Shown here: positions 38,800 through 52,161 of the stretch, one piece after another
Numbering within the stretch: position 1 is the stretch's first letter
How the letters are laid out: each line of letters starts with the position of its first letter
From: Orbicella franksi
Taxonomy: Eukaryota
Length of the DNA: 64,000 nucleotides
NCBI GenBank assembly: GCA_964199315.1
Contig: OZ116698.1
Location: forward strand, 6,758,001-6,822,000
Reading direction: 5' to 3'
Position numbers and translations under genes: made by a program
The notes under the pieces: model-generated
The model's database searches: none
Seen by the model: only the letters and a program-made list of their open reading frames with translations
Told to the model about the DNA's origin: nothing

Positions 38800-41700
38800 A
38801 TGGACAACGCGAACACTAACAACGGTGAGTTCAAGCATTTTATGCTCGGTTGAATTGAAACGTGTTCCTTCGACGGCGCGCAACCTAGAAATCGGAAAGG
38901 ACGATTTTGCTTCCTTCTCGTGTTGTAAAGAACGCTGAGTTTACGATAAAGCGAGCGCAAACTGCCGCGCCGGTGTTTTTTTCCCACTTCTCTCTCGTTC
39001 TAATTTCGTGCTCGTATTCTTCGCTTCAGGTCGATGTCTTCAAGGGGGAATTCGAAGCTGCGGAGGATGCGGCGAAAAAATCTTGGATCGCTTTCTTCTG
39101 CTCGCTTTGGACCAGTATTGGCACGTTAATTGCCTAAAATGCTCCTGTTGTAATGTAAGATTGGGGGAAGTCGGTACGTCGTGCTACTCTAAAGGCGGAA
39201 TGATCCTCTGTAAAACCGACTACGTAAAGTAAGCGAGCTTTCTTTTATTCATTTTCGTCTCTGCTCGATTTGTTATGTTATTGCTTCAAGTTAAGTTTGT
39301 TTTGGGGCTATTTTTATTTTGTGTGTGACAAGCTCATCATGTAATGATCTATTTTGTTCCTTTAAATTTGTCGTGATGAAGTTTGTGTATATTGACTGGT
39401 TTCAAGCCAGGCAATATATATATTTTTTGCTTTCCGCATCGAATGTTGACCATGTTTCGTCCTTTTCTTTCGGCAGTCACGTTTCCTCGTGTTTTGAAAT
39501 TCCTTCTTAAGTGGCCTTTATCTTCTATTATATTTTTTTCTCTCTCCATTATTTTGTCTCAGTGTCACCAGTGGGATTTTGCATACATTTTAGGCAATGT
39601 AATATTTCCTCCATTATGAAAGTGCAATTAATAACATAGATTATAAAGGTTACAGAGAATGCCTGGTATTAGGAGTTCCAAATAACCTCAAAACTCATTA
39701 ACGTGGTAATATTTCACCTACGAAAGGCGATTTACTTCATTTGTTCCTTAATTCATAGTGCTGTGGCAAAATAGCGAAGACCCTCCGAAATTGGCACACA
39801 AAAGCCAGCCCATTTCACTTGACGTGTATTTTTCATTTTAATAAACAAGATTTTTAATATGCCATGCAGGGCGAGTTAACATGTCTACTGTATTAAAGGC
39901 GACAAATTGAATGGGCCCGTGAAGAACAATTTATCGCTATTCCAAATATTGGCTTTATACGCTTTTATCTCTAATTACTTAGAACATATTAAATCCTGCG
40001 TTATCAGATCCGCGCTGCGATCTCATTTGGCATTTGCTCTTATTGCTTTTCAGGTTGTATGGCTCCAGCGGAGCATGCGCGGTCTGCGCCAAGTTAATTC
40101 CCGCCACAGAGTTTGTCATGAAAGTTTTGGGAAAAGTTTACCACCTCGACTGCTTCAACTGCACGACATGTCACAACCAACTTGTCGCCGGTGATCGGTT
40201 TCACGTCGTAAACGGAAGGCTGTTCTGTGAGAATGATGACCCAAGACTACTAAAACAACAACTTCACGCTCCAAAACAAACGGTGAGAGAAACCCCTTTG
40301 ATGGCTCAACCGTCTGTCAAAATATGACTTCAATAAATTTCATTCCACGAATAATACTTATTTGGTTTTAATATCTGCGACCTTTTTGCTTAAGCTAATA
40401 TTAAGTCATCAATTTTTGACATTTCATTTAGCTATTTTCGTCAAAAGGAAACACGTTTTTAATTTTACCACTGTATTGTCGTATTGCTTTTTAGCGCGGT
40501 AATCATGTGAAAGTACACGGATATTCTGGCAATATAAACATTACGTCGCGCGCACTTATGTTTGGAGTTTTTGAAAGTTGAATTCTCGGACTGGGAAAAG
40601 GGTATTGTTTCGTAAAATTTGCTCATCACGTCGGTCAAGCAATTTGCATCCATGAAAATAGTGCCTTAGATTAGAATCTATGTTTCGCCCTGAGGCTGAG
40701 AGATAAGACAAAGAGGGACACTTTTTAATACGAGTTAATTAAGACTTTAAATTGGTTCTGCTGCCTTGCCGATAAGATATGGCAAAATATTCAACAAAAA
40801 GCGTTGATTAATACAACTGTTAAAACATCGCGAACAATGGCCGGAATTGCGAGAAGAAACTTCATCAATTCTATTTCGAATCTAAATGGGCTTAAGTAAT
40901 TCTATGCCCAAGCACTCAAAAAACCTTCCTCGCACTTTACATGCACAGGAAATAATTAATGGACGTTTTAAGATCTTTTCCTTAGCGCTGCTTTTAGTCG
41001 AAATTGGACCCCAAATCGCTTCATAAATAATTTTCAGAAAACTGATCACTTTGAGCTTTTTCACAACTCGCTGGCCTGTCAGCAGTATTTGTCATTTCAA
41101 TGTTAAAAGCTTTGTTCTATGCTTGCTGTGTGACGGGTAAAATAATACTGAGGACAACATTTCCCTGCCTAAACTGAAAAAAAAAAGAAAGAATCGCAAT
41201 CCATGATATTATGGTTATATAGCTTCACTTTAGCTTGATTAGATGCCGACAAAAGCGACGTCGAAAGTACGCGAATAAAGTGTTTTTCTTCCTAATTGCA
41301 AAAAGCAAAATTAATGATTCGAAACGGAACCAAACAGAAAATAAGTTGAAGCTGATTAGAAAACTAAAATACACTATCGTGTAATTGAGTAAAGAAAAAG
41401 CGAAAGAAGTAAATTATCCGACCTCACAAGCCCGACGCCGCCTTTCTACACGAAGTTTCCTCTTTTTCCCGGCGCTTATCTGCTATTAGAAAATGAAGAA
41501 AACCACAAAGCTCAAATTGAGCTCCTTTATTTATGAAAAAAGCTCGTATTTTCACGATAACGCACATTTTGGCTCCAACACAAAATTAAATTAAAATTCT
41601 CTTTGTGAAATGAGCAAAGTATAATTATTTCCTGTTTATTGCGCGGACGTCTTTGTAATAAATGTTTTAATTTAAAAATTTGTTGAATTAGACGAATTCT

Positions 41701-42208
41701 GGTTTTGCGGTTCTCCACGTTGGCAAGAAATTTTTCATGAAATTAAATTTTGGACTGTAGTCTATTTATTGTTCCTGTTCCACATCGTAGTAATCAGCAA
41801 AAATAGTGTGTTTGACGGCATTAAAATTTTAGCTTTCGTTTACCGATCTGCCTAATATAGCGTATCAAAATATATACAGAACAACGATTTTACAAACTTG
41901 TATTGTTTCTAGTCTGTGAGAAATATAATGAAACAAGGCGAAAAATAATATTCCGCGATTAGGGAACCAAAAACATTGACAGGTTGTCGACGCTATTTTC
42001 CACGAAATATAGTTTTCTTTCATCACTGACCTCATTAACTTTGACAAAATCTGAAACATAAAACTTGGATCAAACCGAATTCTTCCAGACTTTTCTTTGG
42101 GCTATTTTTGACTTGCTTTGTAATCGTAACACTTGCTTTCAGTGAGTTAAAAGCCACTGTTGATTGATATTATGTATTTTTATTTTTATTTTCCCTTAGG
42201 TATGTTAA
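38800..42208 (+). CDS. LMO4: LIM domain only protein 4 orthologue (two LIM domains, about 153 aa)
   Basis: Exons 38800-38824 (MDNANTNN-G|GTGAGT), 39030-39228 (LIM1: CGGC...DRFLLLALDQYWHVNCLKCSCC...GTSCYSKGGMILC), 40054-40282 (LIM2: GACAVC...YHLDCFNCTTC...GDRFHVVNGRLFCE) and 42200-42208 (GTA TGT TAA). All junctions are GT-AG and phase-consistent. Diagnostic LMO4-like motifs. Confidence 0.93.
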
Positions 42209-43885
42209 TGGATGCCGAGCGATTCGCAAGTGATTAACTTGGAAAAATAACAAAATTAGAAGGCTCTCCTCTAGCCCCGGATGTGGGAAAAGAAAAGTCT
42301 TGTTTGAAAATCCTGGTTCGTTTACACTTTGGAGTCTGAAATTGAAAGTTATACAAGGCACAGACTGTGGAACTTTTGAATGTGCCAATTGAAGCAATTC
42401 CCAAACCATGTGCTATTAGTATAGTGAATGTAGCTTTCGATGTTAAAATCAGACGAGCAACAGTTTTGCTAAACGAAACGTGCACTGTGTGCTGTCCGTC
42501 TGGACTTGCAATATGTTGTCGACGTTGAAAACTGACTTAACATATATTAAATTTTGGACGAATGAAAATTCATTTGAAAATGTTTAGTTTAGCACGAAAT
42601 CAGCCTTACAAGAGTAAACTAAAAGTAGATTACGAACCAAAGCATCAGTTGTAGACAGAAGGAGCCACGACAGAGGACTTAATAACGAGAACTGAAATGA
42701 CAAATTTAAAATCCTTCTCGAGAAGTTATATTTCAAAAAGAAAACAAAGAATCATTGACAGATATTCTGATTTCTAAATTAAACAATTTTAGTATTATAC
42801 GTAGAATGTATTACTAAAACTTCAACAAAAAAGTATTAAACATCGGGAAAATGCATGGCTACAAACAAATGTAGATAAATGGTTAAAATATGTAAAGTTC
42901 TTTGAATAAAAGTGTAATTCTATACGCAGATTCGTTATCTTTTATTGTAATATGGGACAAAGGACCTATGTTTTTGGGATTAATAAAGGTCTGGGATTAA
43001 TTATAAGGAACAATCCGTTTTCGTTTTGCCAAATGGAACGTGAAATAATGCTTCCTCGATTTAATCCATGACGAAAAGTCAAATTAAAAGTGGACAAAGT
43101 GTCGACATCCCATGCTGAAAAACAAATAAATCAACCCAATGCATCACATAGAATTCCTTTTTGATGGATGTAACCGCTTGAAGGTTTAATTAATTTTGCC
43201 CAGGGACAAATGGCACATAGAAAGGACTGTTGGTCATGTTTTGTGTGATCATTAAGGCCGCGCTAATTAACTTTTGTAGTCATGTTGACATAATGTAAAG
43301 CAGCATGCATTCTACCTAATAATGTGTAATATCCCTCCCTGGTTGTGTCAATAAATATTCGTATCAACACCCCCAAAGCGTAATTAGATTTCACCACACA
43401 ATCTGTGGTTTTAGAGTTCTCTTAATGGAACGGAGAGAGAGAGCACTGGCACAAAACTAGCTGCATCAAAACGTCAGGGAATGATTTGTAGTCGATTTGG
43501 AATAATTCGACTGCTGTACGAATTCTGGAACATGCCAGAAAATGTATCCGTTTGATACTTTACATAACTTTCATATGTAACAGCAGGACTTCGCGGGATG
43601 AGAAATTTCATAACCTCGGCAAAAGAGAACAATGGAGTGTCTTAAGATATTACGTATCGTAAGAAGTTCCCAAGCAGCTGAGCCCACACAGGCAAACCTT
43701 TTCTTAGGTCTAATCTTTCAAAACCTTTCGACTGAACCCTGCTAACAATAGGTTCATTAGAAACACTATGAATGCACAATAAATACTCTTAACCAAAGTA
43801 TGAAAAGCTGACAGGTTCCATTCACACTTGATGCCAAAAAGAGTCGACAGTTTTCTATTTTCTAGTTACGAGCCTCTAAGTCTAA

Positions 43886-44735
43886 TCTACCGAGAGCACA
43901 CACACCCTGGCAAATGCACTCATCCACTTCATTTTGCCATGGGAACTAACCCTTTTAAGTAACATCCAAAGCGAAAACCTCTTGGCCTTCCATTACCGCT
44001 CTGCTGAAGTATTGACTCGCATTTTTCAAGGTCCAGTTTCCTTTACCGATATAAAAGGGAAAAAAAAGTGCAACTTCTAAACCATTCTCCTTGTCAATTT
44101 TTTTTACTTGCGGAAATGACAGGTATCTATTTCTTGCAAGCATATCGTTTCAAAGGGAAAAAAAAATATTATTTTTAACTTTGGGAGCAGAAAACGCATC
44201 CCGTATCGTTGTCACATGGACTTAAAGTGGATTCCCTGGTTGACAGGGGCTTCAACTGCGCCATTCCAATTTTTCCACAATTCAACATTTGCCCCCAAAA
44301 TATGGCCGTTATGTTGTTCGATCTTCGTCATGTACACATACAAGAATTCACTCTTGATAGGAGGAGCAACCAGGTCTACGCGATTTGCTAAGTATGTAAG
44401 AGCTTATTACTGCGAACAATAGTGCAATGTAATTGCCATTGACCCAAAAACACCACAGCCAGATCTCGGGTGGTCAAAATCGCTATCAGATACACAAAAG
44501 TTCAGTACACCCTGACATTAATGGCAGTACAGCTGAAGTTCCGTGCTTTACTTCTGTTGGGTTCGTGGGAGACCACCCAGCAGTATTCCTGTCCTGTATT
44601 TTGCCCGTACCGTGTTTCAATCGCTCCAACCCAACGTTTTGGATTTCCACCTTATTCGGATATTATCTAAACGGATTCCTTAACTCGGTGCCCTTGCGGT
44701 CAGTCGTTACACTAGCTGAGTGCACGATGATTTAA
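43886..44735 (+). pseudogene. Decayed single-exon class A (rhodopsin-like) GPCR pseudogene
   Basis: Collinear motif remnants across frameshifts and stops: TM1 TLANALIHFIL (43904), TM2 SAEVLTRIFQGPVSF, TM3 end FLASISFQR (44130-44156, cf. LASISLER), TM4 KWIPWLTGASTAPF, TM7 TLFGYYLNGFLNSV (cf. YxNSxxNP). Confidence 0.45.
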
Positions 44736-45421
44736 CTTAAACAACTCTGGGATTGACGTATCTATAAATGCCGAGTTGAGAAGGAAAATGGACCAATCCC
44801 CCAAAATTGCCCCTAGAGAACAAAATATGTCGAAGAGTGTTTCCAAAACGAAGGATCATTCAAAGAAATTTGAAATATTTCCTGTTTTCCTTTCCTTAAT
44901 CGCATTTTAAGAAACATAGGCAATTTCGAGTTATTAATTTTAGGATAGATCAGTTTGCTGAAAATGTGTAGAATGAATAAGTGAAAATGTGTTGAAAATA
45001 CCTGTCATGGACGGTGGAATGAGTGCAAAATACTGGCTCTTTGCTTCTGCATAGTCAACATACTTCTGAAAAGGAATTCTCCTTTTAGGTAAACTACAAC
45101 TCATTGCTGTTACAGATGCTAACTGTCCACAGACACTCATTCCAAATAGTTTAAAGGAATATATCTCAATCCCAATGCCTATTTGAGATTTTTTTGCGTA
45201 GAAAATTGAGCATGATCATACAATAATCTAATTTCAGCCTCCTCTGTGTGTGGCTCTTTATCATGAGCTTCTGGTTCAAAATTATCCTTCGTGCATTGAA
45301 AATGATTGTATAACGATGAGGGTTTTGAAAACAAATTTGACCTGAAGGTTCAATTTTCGCAGTCTTTTTAAATCCTGCTAATTTTGGACATAGGGGCCCT
45401 TAAGCGCCCTTCTAGTATTAC

Positions 45422-45529
45422 GTGCGACCATCCAGTGTAAAGCTACTGAGCAATACTTTCAAGTGCTTCTGTTGATTATCCTGTGCAAGGTTGTTCTAGC
45501 TTTCAGAGTGTTGTTGGAATCTTAAAGTG
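45422..45529. repeat. Isolated degenerate monomer of an about 105-bp coral satellite-like repeat
   Basis: GTGCGACCATCCAGTGTAAAGCTACTGAGCAATACTTTC...AAGGTTGTTCTAGCTTT...CTTAAAGTG. Family identity is from recall only. Confidence 0.45.
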
Positions 45530-48500
45530 AAATAATTTCTCCTCAGTTTTTTCCAAATCCATTAACTATAGTTTATTTGACACTCGCATAGAATCGCCCA
45601 AAATAGCACGATCAGGCTCGTGTAAGGTCGTCAATATGAACTTTCAGCTAAGATTGATATATTCTTAAGATATTGTTTATTTTGCTGTTGTTTCAGTTGA
45701 CAAACAATGAAAGATGGACTTTCTAATCAGCCATCGTGTTAACTCTTGTCCTGCCAGAAGAAAATGACCCGTACCCTTGCTTTTATCATTTCTACAGCGA
45801 GCCTGAGGAAACGTGACTTTAACACTGCACTGTGCCCAGCTAGTTATCATTTTTGCGTTTCACGGAATTTTACCCAGTCATTAATGTAATGATTAATCAA
45901 AACGAGATAACAGTTCCACAACTCATTTTGGGATATTGGTGATTTGGTTTTCCGGTGAAACCCATCTAGCACAATTAATTAGTGAAAATCTAGATTATAA
46001 TCACGCAAACTGACTACCAAACCTTGTTTATCGCAACATTTAGTTCGCCTTTCATGCGGAGAGGGTTCGTGATAAATGACTTCAACGATCTTGTTTGATC
46101 CAGTTAATCAGGAGATCTAACAATGGACACATTCGTGTGGCATGGCATTTTAGTTTGCTTTATTTGTTTTTTTTACCAGAATCCGGCCACAAGTCACATA
46201 AGGCAGATTTCCGTCTTCGTGCAGTTGCCCTCTTGTCTCACCAATTCGATCATTATCATGGTATGCAGATGCACATAACAACAGCCACCTAATGACCCCA
46301 CATGGCCTGCAGGAAAAGAGTCTTCGTGATAAAATATGAAATAATGAGTTATCTACAGTGGAATAGCTTCATCTGGAAGTAATGAATGTGTCCAAATCAA
46401 GTTTTTATACGGAAATCTTACAACTTTGAGGCCGAGATACCCACATAGTGGTCTACAAAGCCGAGGCACGTATAGCTGGGCATTTTCTCTTACAAATCTA
46501 TGTGGTGTAATTTTGCTCAAAAATTCCGCCTGCGACAGGCATAAGTTGAATTAGAGATAATCTTGACAAGAACTCTCTCTTTCTTGCCGGTATGATAAAC
46601 AAAAACACATGTAACCAATCTTCGTTAATGGACTTAGGAACTTTTAATCTATTTAGGTACCAAAATCGCTCAGGAAGATGCCTGAAACGAAACTGTGTGA
46701 TCATGCACTAACTCACGACGCACTGATACAACAGGTACACACATTAACGAAGTCAAAGAAAGTTAACAGATTCTAAAATAAACTTGGATAACACTGAGGA
46801 ACGCGACACGTATCAAATGAATGAGAGGACCAGTGGCATCTTTGGTGGAGCCTGCAGGGTTTCAAACATTAAACTGACACAGCACCATCCAGTTATCGTT
46901 CATACTTCAAGTTGCTGCACAATAATCCTTGGACGATTTAAGAAAATCTATCGTAATTTGTTGGTTTTAGACGGAATACACTTGAGGATTTATCGCTTAC
47001 GCCCTTCGTAAACGATCAAAGATTATTGGTGTCCCAAATCACATTGGATTGGCCAAAAATTAACTAGATAATCAAACAATCTTGCATGAAAATGTTGGAA
47101 CTAGATAAAGCTTGAATTCTCTCCAATACAATATTTTATTTCTTAGCATGTCCAGCCTACATAATGTTGCATAAAAACGCTCATACTAGTCTAATCGGAA
47201 CCTGTTTTCAATTGTTTTCTTGGCAAACTACAAACGTTTAGATGATAAAAGCAATCTAAGAACTCTCAAAATTCGCGCCAGCTTGTTGCTAAATAATATG
47301 CAATACCTGCCAAGAAAGGTTTGTTAAACAACTCTCATTCTTCGAAGGCTCAGTGTGTAAATAAGAGTCCAAATATTACAGACTAAATCTGCCTTGCTGA
47401 TCGATGAAAAAGAAAACCCCGCTACAAAATATTAGGACACTTCAAAGAAAGACTCAATAGTCAGACAAGAACTGCGATTGAAATGAATGTTTTGTACTTT
47501 TCAAATCATTGACACCAATATCTTTGTCAACCAAGACGGGCAATAAAGTTTTAGTCGAAAACATGATACAAACAATAACATGTCGAAAACACACGGTGGC
47601 GATTGTTAGCACAGTTGGTTAAGATGCCACACCAGATCTAGCAAAGTGCGACGCCATGTTTTGACAAACGTTGGCGGCCATAAAACAGCAATTCTCTTTG
47701 CGACAAACATTCAGAACAGGTGTGTTGACAACGTACCAGCACTTAGTAAATATGCTCAAAATGAGTTAAATCTACATGTGAAAGTTTATCTCTTGCGGCT
47801 CACAAAGGAGTACAGTATTTAGCAAAATGACGAAAAGACTTGAACCTTTGTACTAATCTAACATGAGAACAAGGTCATTTTTCGATTTTTTGTTTCTACG
47901 CTCTGTATGCGATAACTCTTTTGATGTACATCTGACGTTTGCAGAGCATGTTTCATATTTCACGTCATTGTTAGTGGCCATGTAGTGTGAAAAGACTTTC
48001 GATCCAAACCCAGGTACCTTCACGATATTATCTCGACTGAATTTTTGAAAAGCAAATTCTTTCGAATACCCTTCCCACCTCCCTGAAGATAAACAGCCAG
48101 ATGATAAGGCGATCATTCGAACAAAAACAATTCCCGGACTTTTTGTTTTCCAATTTCAAAGTAATTAGAGCCAACTGTTAAACAATGAAGAAAATATAAC
48201 CTGCAAGCATCAAAACAAATTCTGCAAGTTTATATGTAAGGAAATATAATCTAATATTCCGATCAAAAAGTCCCGACAGTATTTGTAAGCAGACATTGTT
48301 GGGCAATTTCACTTTTACTAATAAGGACTTACTTATAAAGAATGCCCTAGGTAACAATGACGGACGTAATCTCGACAACTTGTAACCCTGTTCTCAAAAC
48401 TCAGAATCTATTTGTTTAAGGCTACCCTCAAGGTAATAAAATATCGTCGTTATTCAGTAAACGTGCCGCATAAAACAAAGCACAAGACATTTAAAATCCC

Positions 48501-51500
48501 GACATCGTTTGAAAAAATAATCGAAATTAAATATTGACATGAACAGCAAAGAGCACGGTGTTTAAACCATTGCTCTGAAAGAAAAGAACATCTGAGACTT
48601 GCTCAAATAAACGAGCTTGTATTGGTTCAAGTGTTCCTTAAGTTTATACAAGAACTAAAGTTGACTCAGCCTCTGTTACAATAACTTCCTTAGACAATGT
48701 CTCGTTCCTCACAGCCCATTGTGAGCTCGTAGGTATGGAGTCGGTATCCTTCTAAGTCACAAAGATACCACTTTATAGTGAATAGTGAAATAACATTGCC
48801 GACATTAGGCAAGGGGAATTTATCAAGAAATTTCAATCTATTCCATTATAAAAGAAAATTGTTTTGCAATGTTCTTTACAAATCTACAAACAATATGACC
48901 TGTAAACTGAACAAACAAGAGAACATGTCTTAAAAGAAACCTGTTTCAGTCTACGTATTCACTTAATATTCCTCTTAATCCAAAGATGCAGACAAGGGTT
49001 TCTTTTTAAAGTTTCCTCCTTTGTGATGGAAAGTGCGGTTTAATCAGAGTTAAAATATCTCGATAAAAGTATCTTATTTCCTTTTTTGGCGAGAAAAACA
49101 AACAGTGTATATTTTGACAGGTTTAACGTTTCTACTTTTCCACGTCACTTTTAAAGTGTCCATAACGTTAATTTTACTTTTTTTACTTTCTAGCCCAAAT
49201 GTACGAATCACCAAAAATACTTCTCAGAAAAAAATGTTTTTCGAACATAACGCGATTTTTCGAAAAGTTACAATTCTCTATTTTTGCCGTAAACCCTCGC
49301 CGAGCTGATTAAGAAGTACAGCGGGCTCCTATCTGGGTTGACATTTCACCATGCGTTGTGTTTTCAAAATCAAGGAAAGAGTGAGTGTCGTATCTTGCCC
49401 CTACAACGCATCTTTTTGGCATTTTCCCAGATTTACTGGACGTCAAGAAATTTCAACCTGTTTACTTGCAGTCTGAAGTCACGTGTTAATCTTAATCTTC
49501 GTCACAGTTCCTTTGTTACGGAGAACTGAGAGAAGACTAAGGTGGATAAGGAACTAAAATGCGGGAAAATTTGAAAGTTCTAACAAATTATATTTTAAAA
49601 CACGTTTTATTCAAATAAAATTCTTTTAGAAGAAGCCTATTGAGCGAAGTATAGATTCAACTGAAAAAGTACAAAAAAACGGCATAAAACGTAAATATAG
49701 TAAAGCAAATCAGTCAATCAATCAATCAGTAAATAGGTCACGAGCACTTCAAGTCAAAAGCCTGAATTTCAAATCAAATTAGTAGACGGAAAAGCAATTA
49801 AATCACACAAATTTTAACCCGGTCCAAGTTCATATCTACGACTACGACTGTATCTCTCCTGAGCAACCACGGTGACTGGCGTTTGAAACCAAAACTGATC
49901 ATGTAACTGAATTTTATACGAAACTTTGTTTCTCTGAAGTTTATATAATATCATATAGTATTTTAGAAATATTTTGTCTGACTCAACACGAGTTCCCCAT
50001 TCTTCGCCATACCACCCAGTCTCCTTCGCAGCCATTATTAAGGTCGTCACGCAACGCTTCTCCCCAGAGAAGCGTTGCGTGACGATCCTAATGGTGTTTT
50101 TCTATCTTAGCAAACTACTATTTTCAGGTTTCCTTCAATTAAAAGTAATTTTTACGTTGCCAAACTAATTCAAACTAACGTGACCGAGCTCCTTTTAAAT
50201 GGCTCCCGCTCGATAAAGGAAAAATGTACGCTTTTAATTATGTTACTAACTTTGCTTTTATTTCTTCTGCAGAAAATAATTTGCATAGTCCAGAAAAAGG
50301 GCACTGGCTGTAAAAACCCGCAAAAACCTTAAAATACAAACCTCATTTAATTTGACAAGGGCTCAATAATTTCCCTGCCCGAACATAAAAAAACACAATC
50401 TTCTTGACTTGTGACAACCCTGCTAAAGCTCTGTGGTGTATGAACATGAAACTTTGTAAATGTACGGTCTCAGAAGTGCACTCCCGGAAACACATGAAGA
50501 AGATTGACGATCACATGATACCACTAAAAAGGCCATAAATAAAGCAAAAAGAAACCACTCAGACACACAAACTAGCCAACTAACAAACGATCCATTTTGC
50601 GACGGCTAAAGCAGATATAATTTCCTTCAAGAGTTTTACAACACGACAAAATATTTGAACCAGCCAGAAATAATTACAAACCTTATATTAGATACTTGTT
50701 TCTCAAAAGGGAGTATTAAAATCATTACTTAAAAACCTATTAAATTTCTATACAATAATTAATTTTGGTACACCTGTTATTTAGTTAAGAGAGGCTACTT
50801 TCAATTTATAAAAAGCCTACAAAATATCAAGGCACTCATATAAATCTAACGTTTTACAAAGGTTCGATCCTTTCTTCTAAAAAAGCTAGTGTATAACGAA
50901 GTTTTCTCCCCCAGCGAAGCATAAAAAATGGGTCGTAACAGAGGGCCTTTCATTCACATGAACTACAATCGTATCAATTGGAATTGTTCTTATAAAACTT
51001 TAGCAATCCACGAGTTCTATAAATTATCATTGACCAATAGAGAAAATAAGAATAACAGTAACTACCCAGTCTTTCTTTTGAGTTCATCTACAGATTGGTC
51101 AAAGTATGGATCATTTCAATGTAGACGAAAGAAAGTACGTACATGTAAGCAGGAGTGACTTGCACCATAAACAAGGTTCTTCACAATTGGCCAAAAGTAA
51201 CAATCCCGGGGTAACAATTTAGCTAAAGAACACTAAAAATGTCTCTAGCCCTAAGACCACTTGAGGTGCAGATCAATATGAACGAGTATGAAAAAGAGGT
51301 TTCAAAATAGTGCAGATCAACTGCGTAAGTAACCCCTAAGATAAGATAAGCACTGCAACACAGTGTTGAAGCTCTGACTTCCTACAGATTACACTTTTAA
51401 ATATCTCTGCTAGCATAAGGCATTAGTCTTTATCAGTACGTTCAAATTGACCCGTGTAACCGAAATACGTCTCTGAGTAGAATGTAAACCCCAAACTAGA

Positions 51501-52161
51501 CCTAACAACGTGCCAAGACAATTTTTTTGCAATGCGAATTTCTGACATGAATTAAGTCTTTCAAATGTGACGGAAAACCCTTAATTTTGCAAATCACTCA
51601 CCAATGTAATCATTACATTGCCTCAACAGAACCAGTTCAATAAACAGACACTTAACAAAAATAACACATTTTTTCTACCTATCTATCACTGTCTACCTGA
51701 CACATGAGATCACTGAATGGAACAAACAGATTTCTTTTTGCGTAAATCTGGTCGGCTTCTGCTTCGCGAGAGCTCTTTCACCGAAGTTGCCTAAAACACA
51801 AAAATTGGTCATAAATCTCTGTTAATAGAGCATCGATCGGTCATAGGTTCAAATCAAGTTGAAGCTTCAATTACCCCCCCCCCCCCTGCTTTTTGGTAGC
51901 TGCTTATTTTTCTACTGACTATCATAGTTATAAACTTAGTTATTCACACTAAGTCTTCAGCAACATTTAAAATTTATATTGCTTAACTTGGTTTAAAACT
52001 GTTATGTCCATAATTGCTGTTTAATGAGGTTGACTGACTTCAAGTTACCACATCACATGTAAATGAAACCAAAATTTGGAACTTACTTTAACCAAAGGCC
52101 TACGTAAAATTGCGTTTTCCACTTTGTTCTTAGGGAATTATTTATTGTTACAATTCATAAC

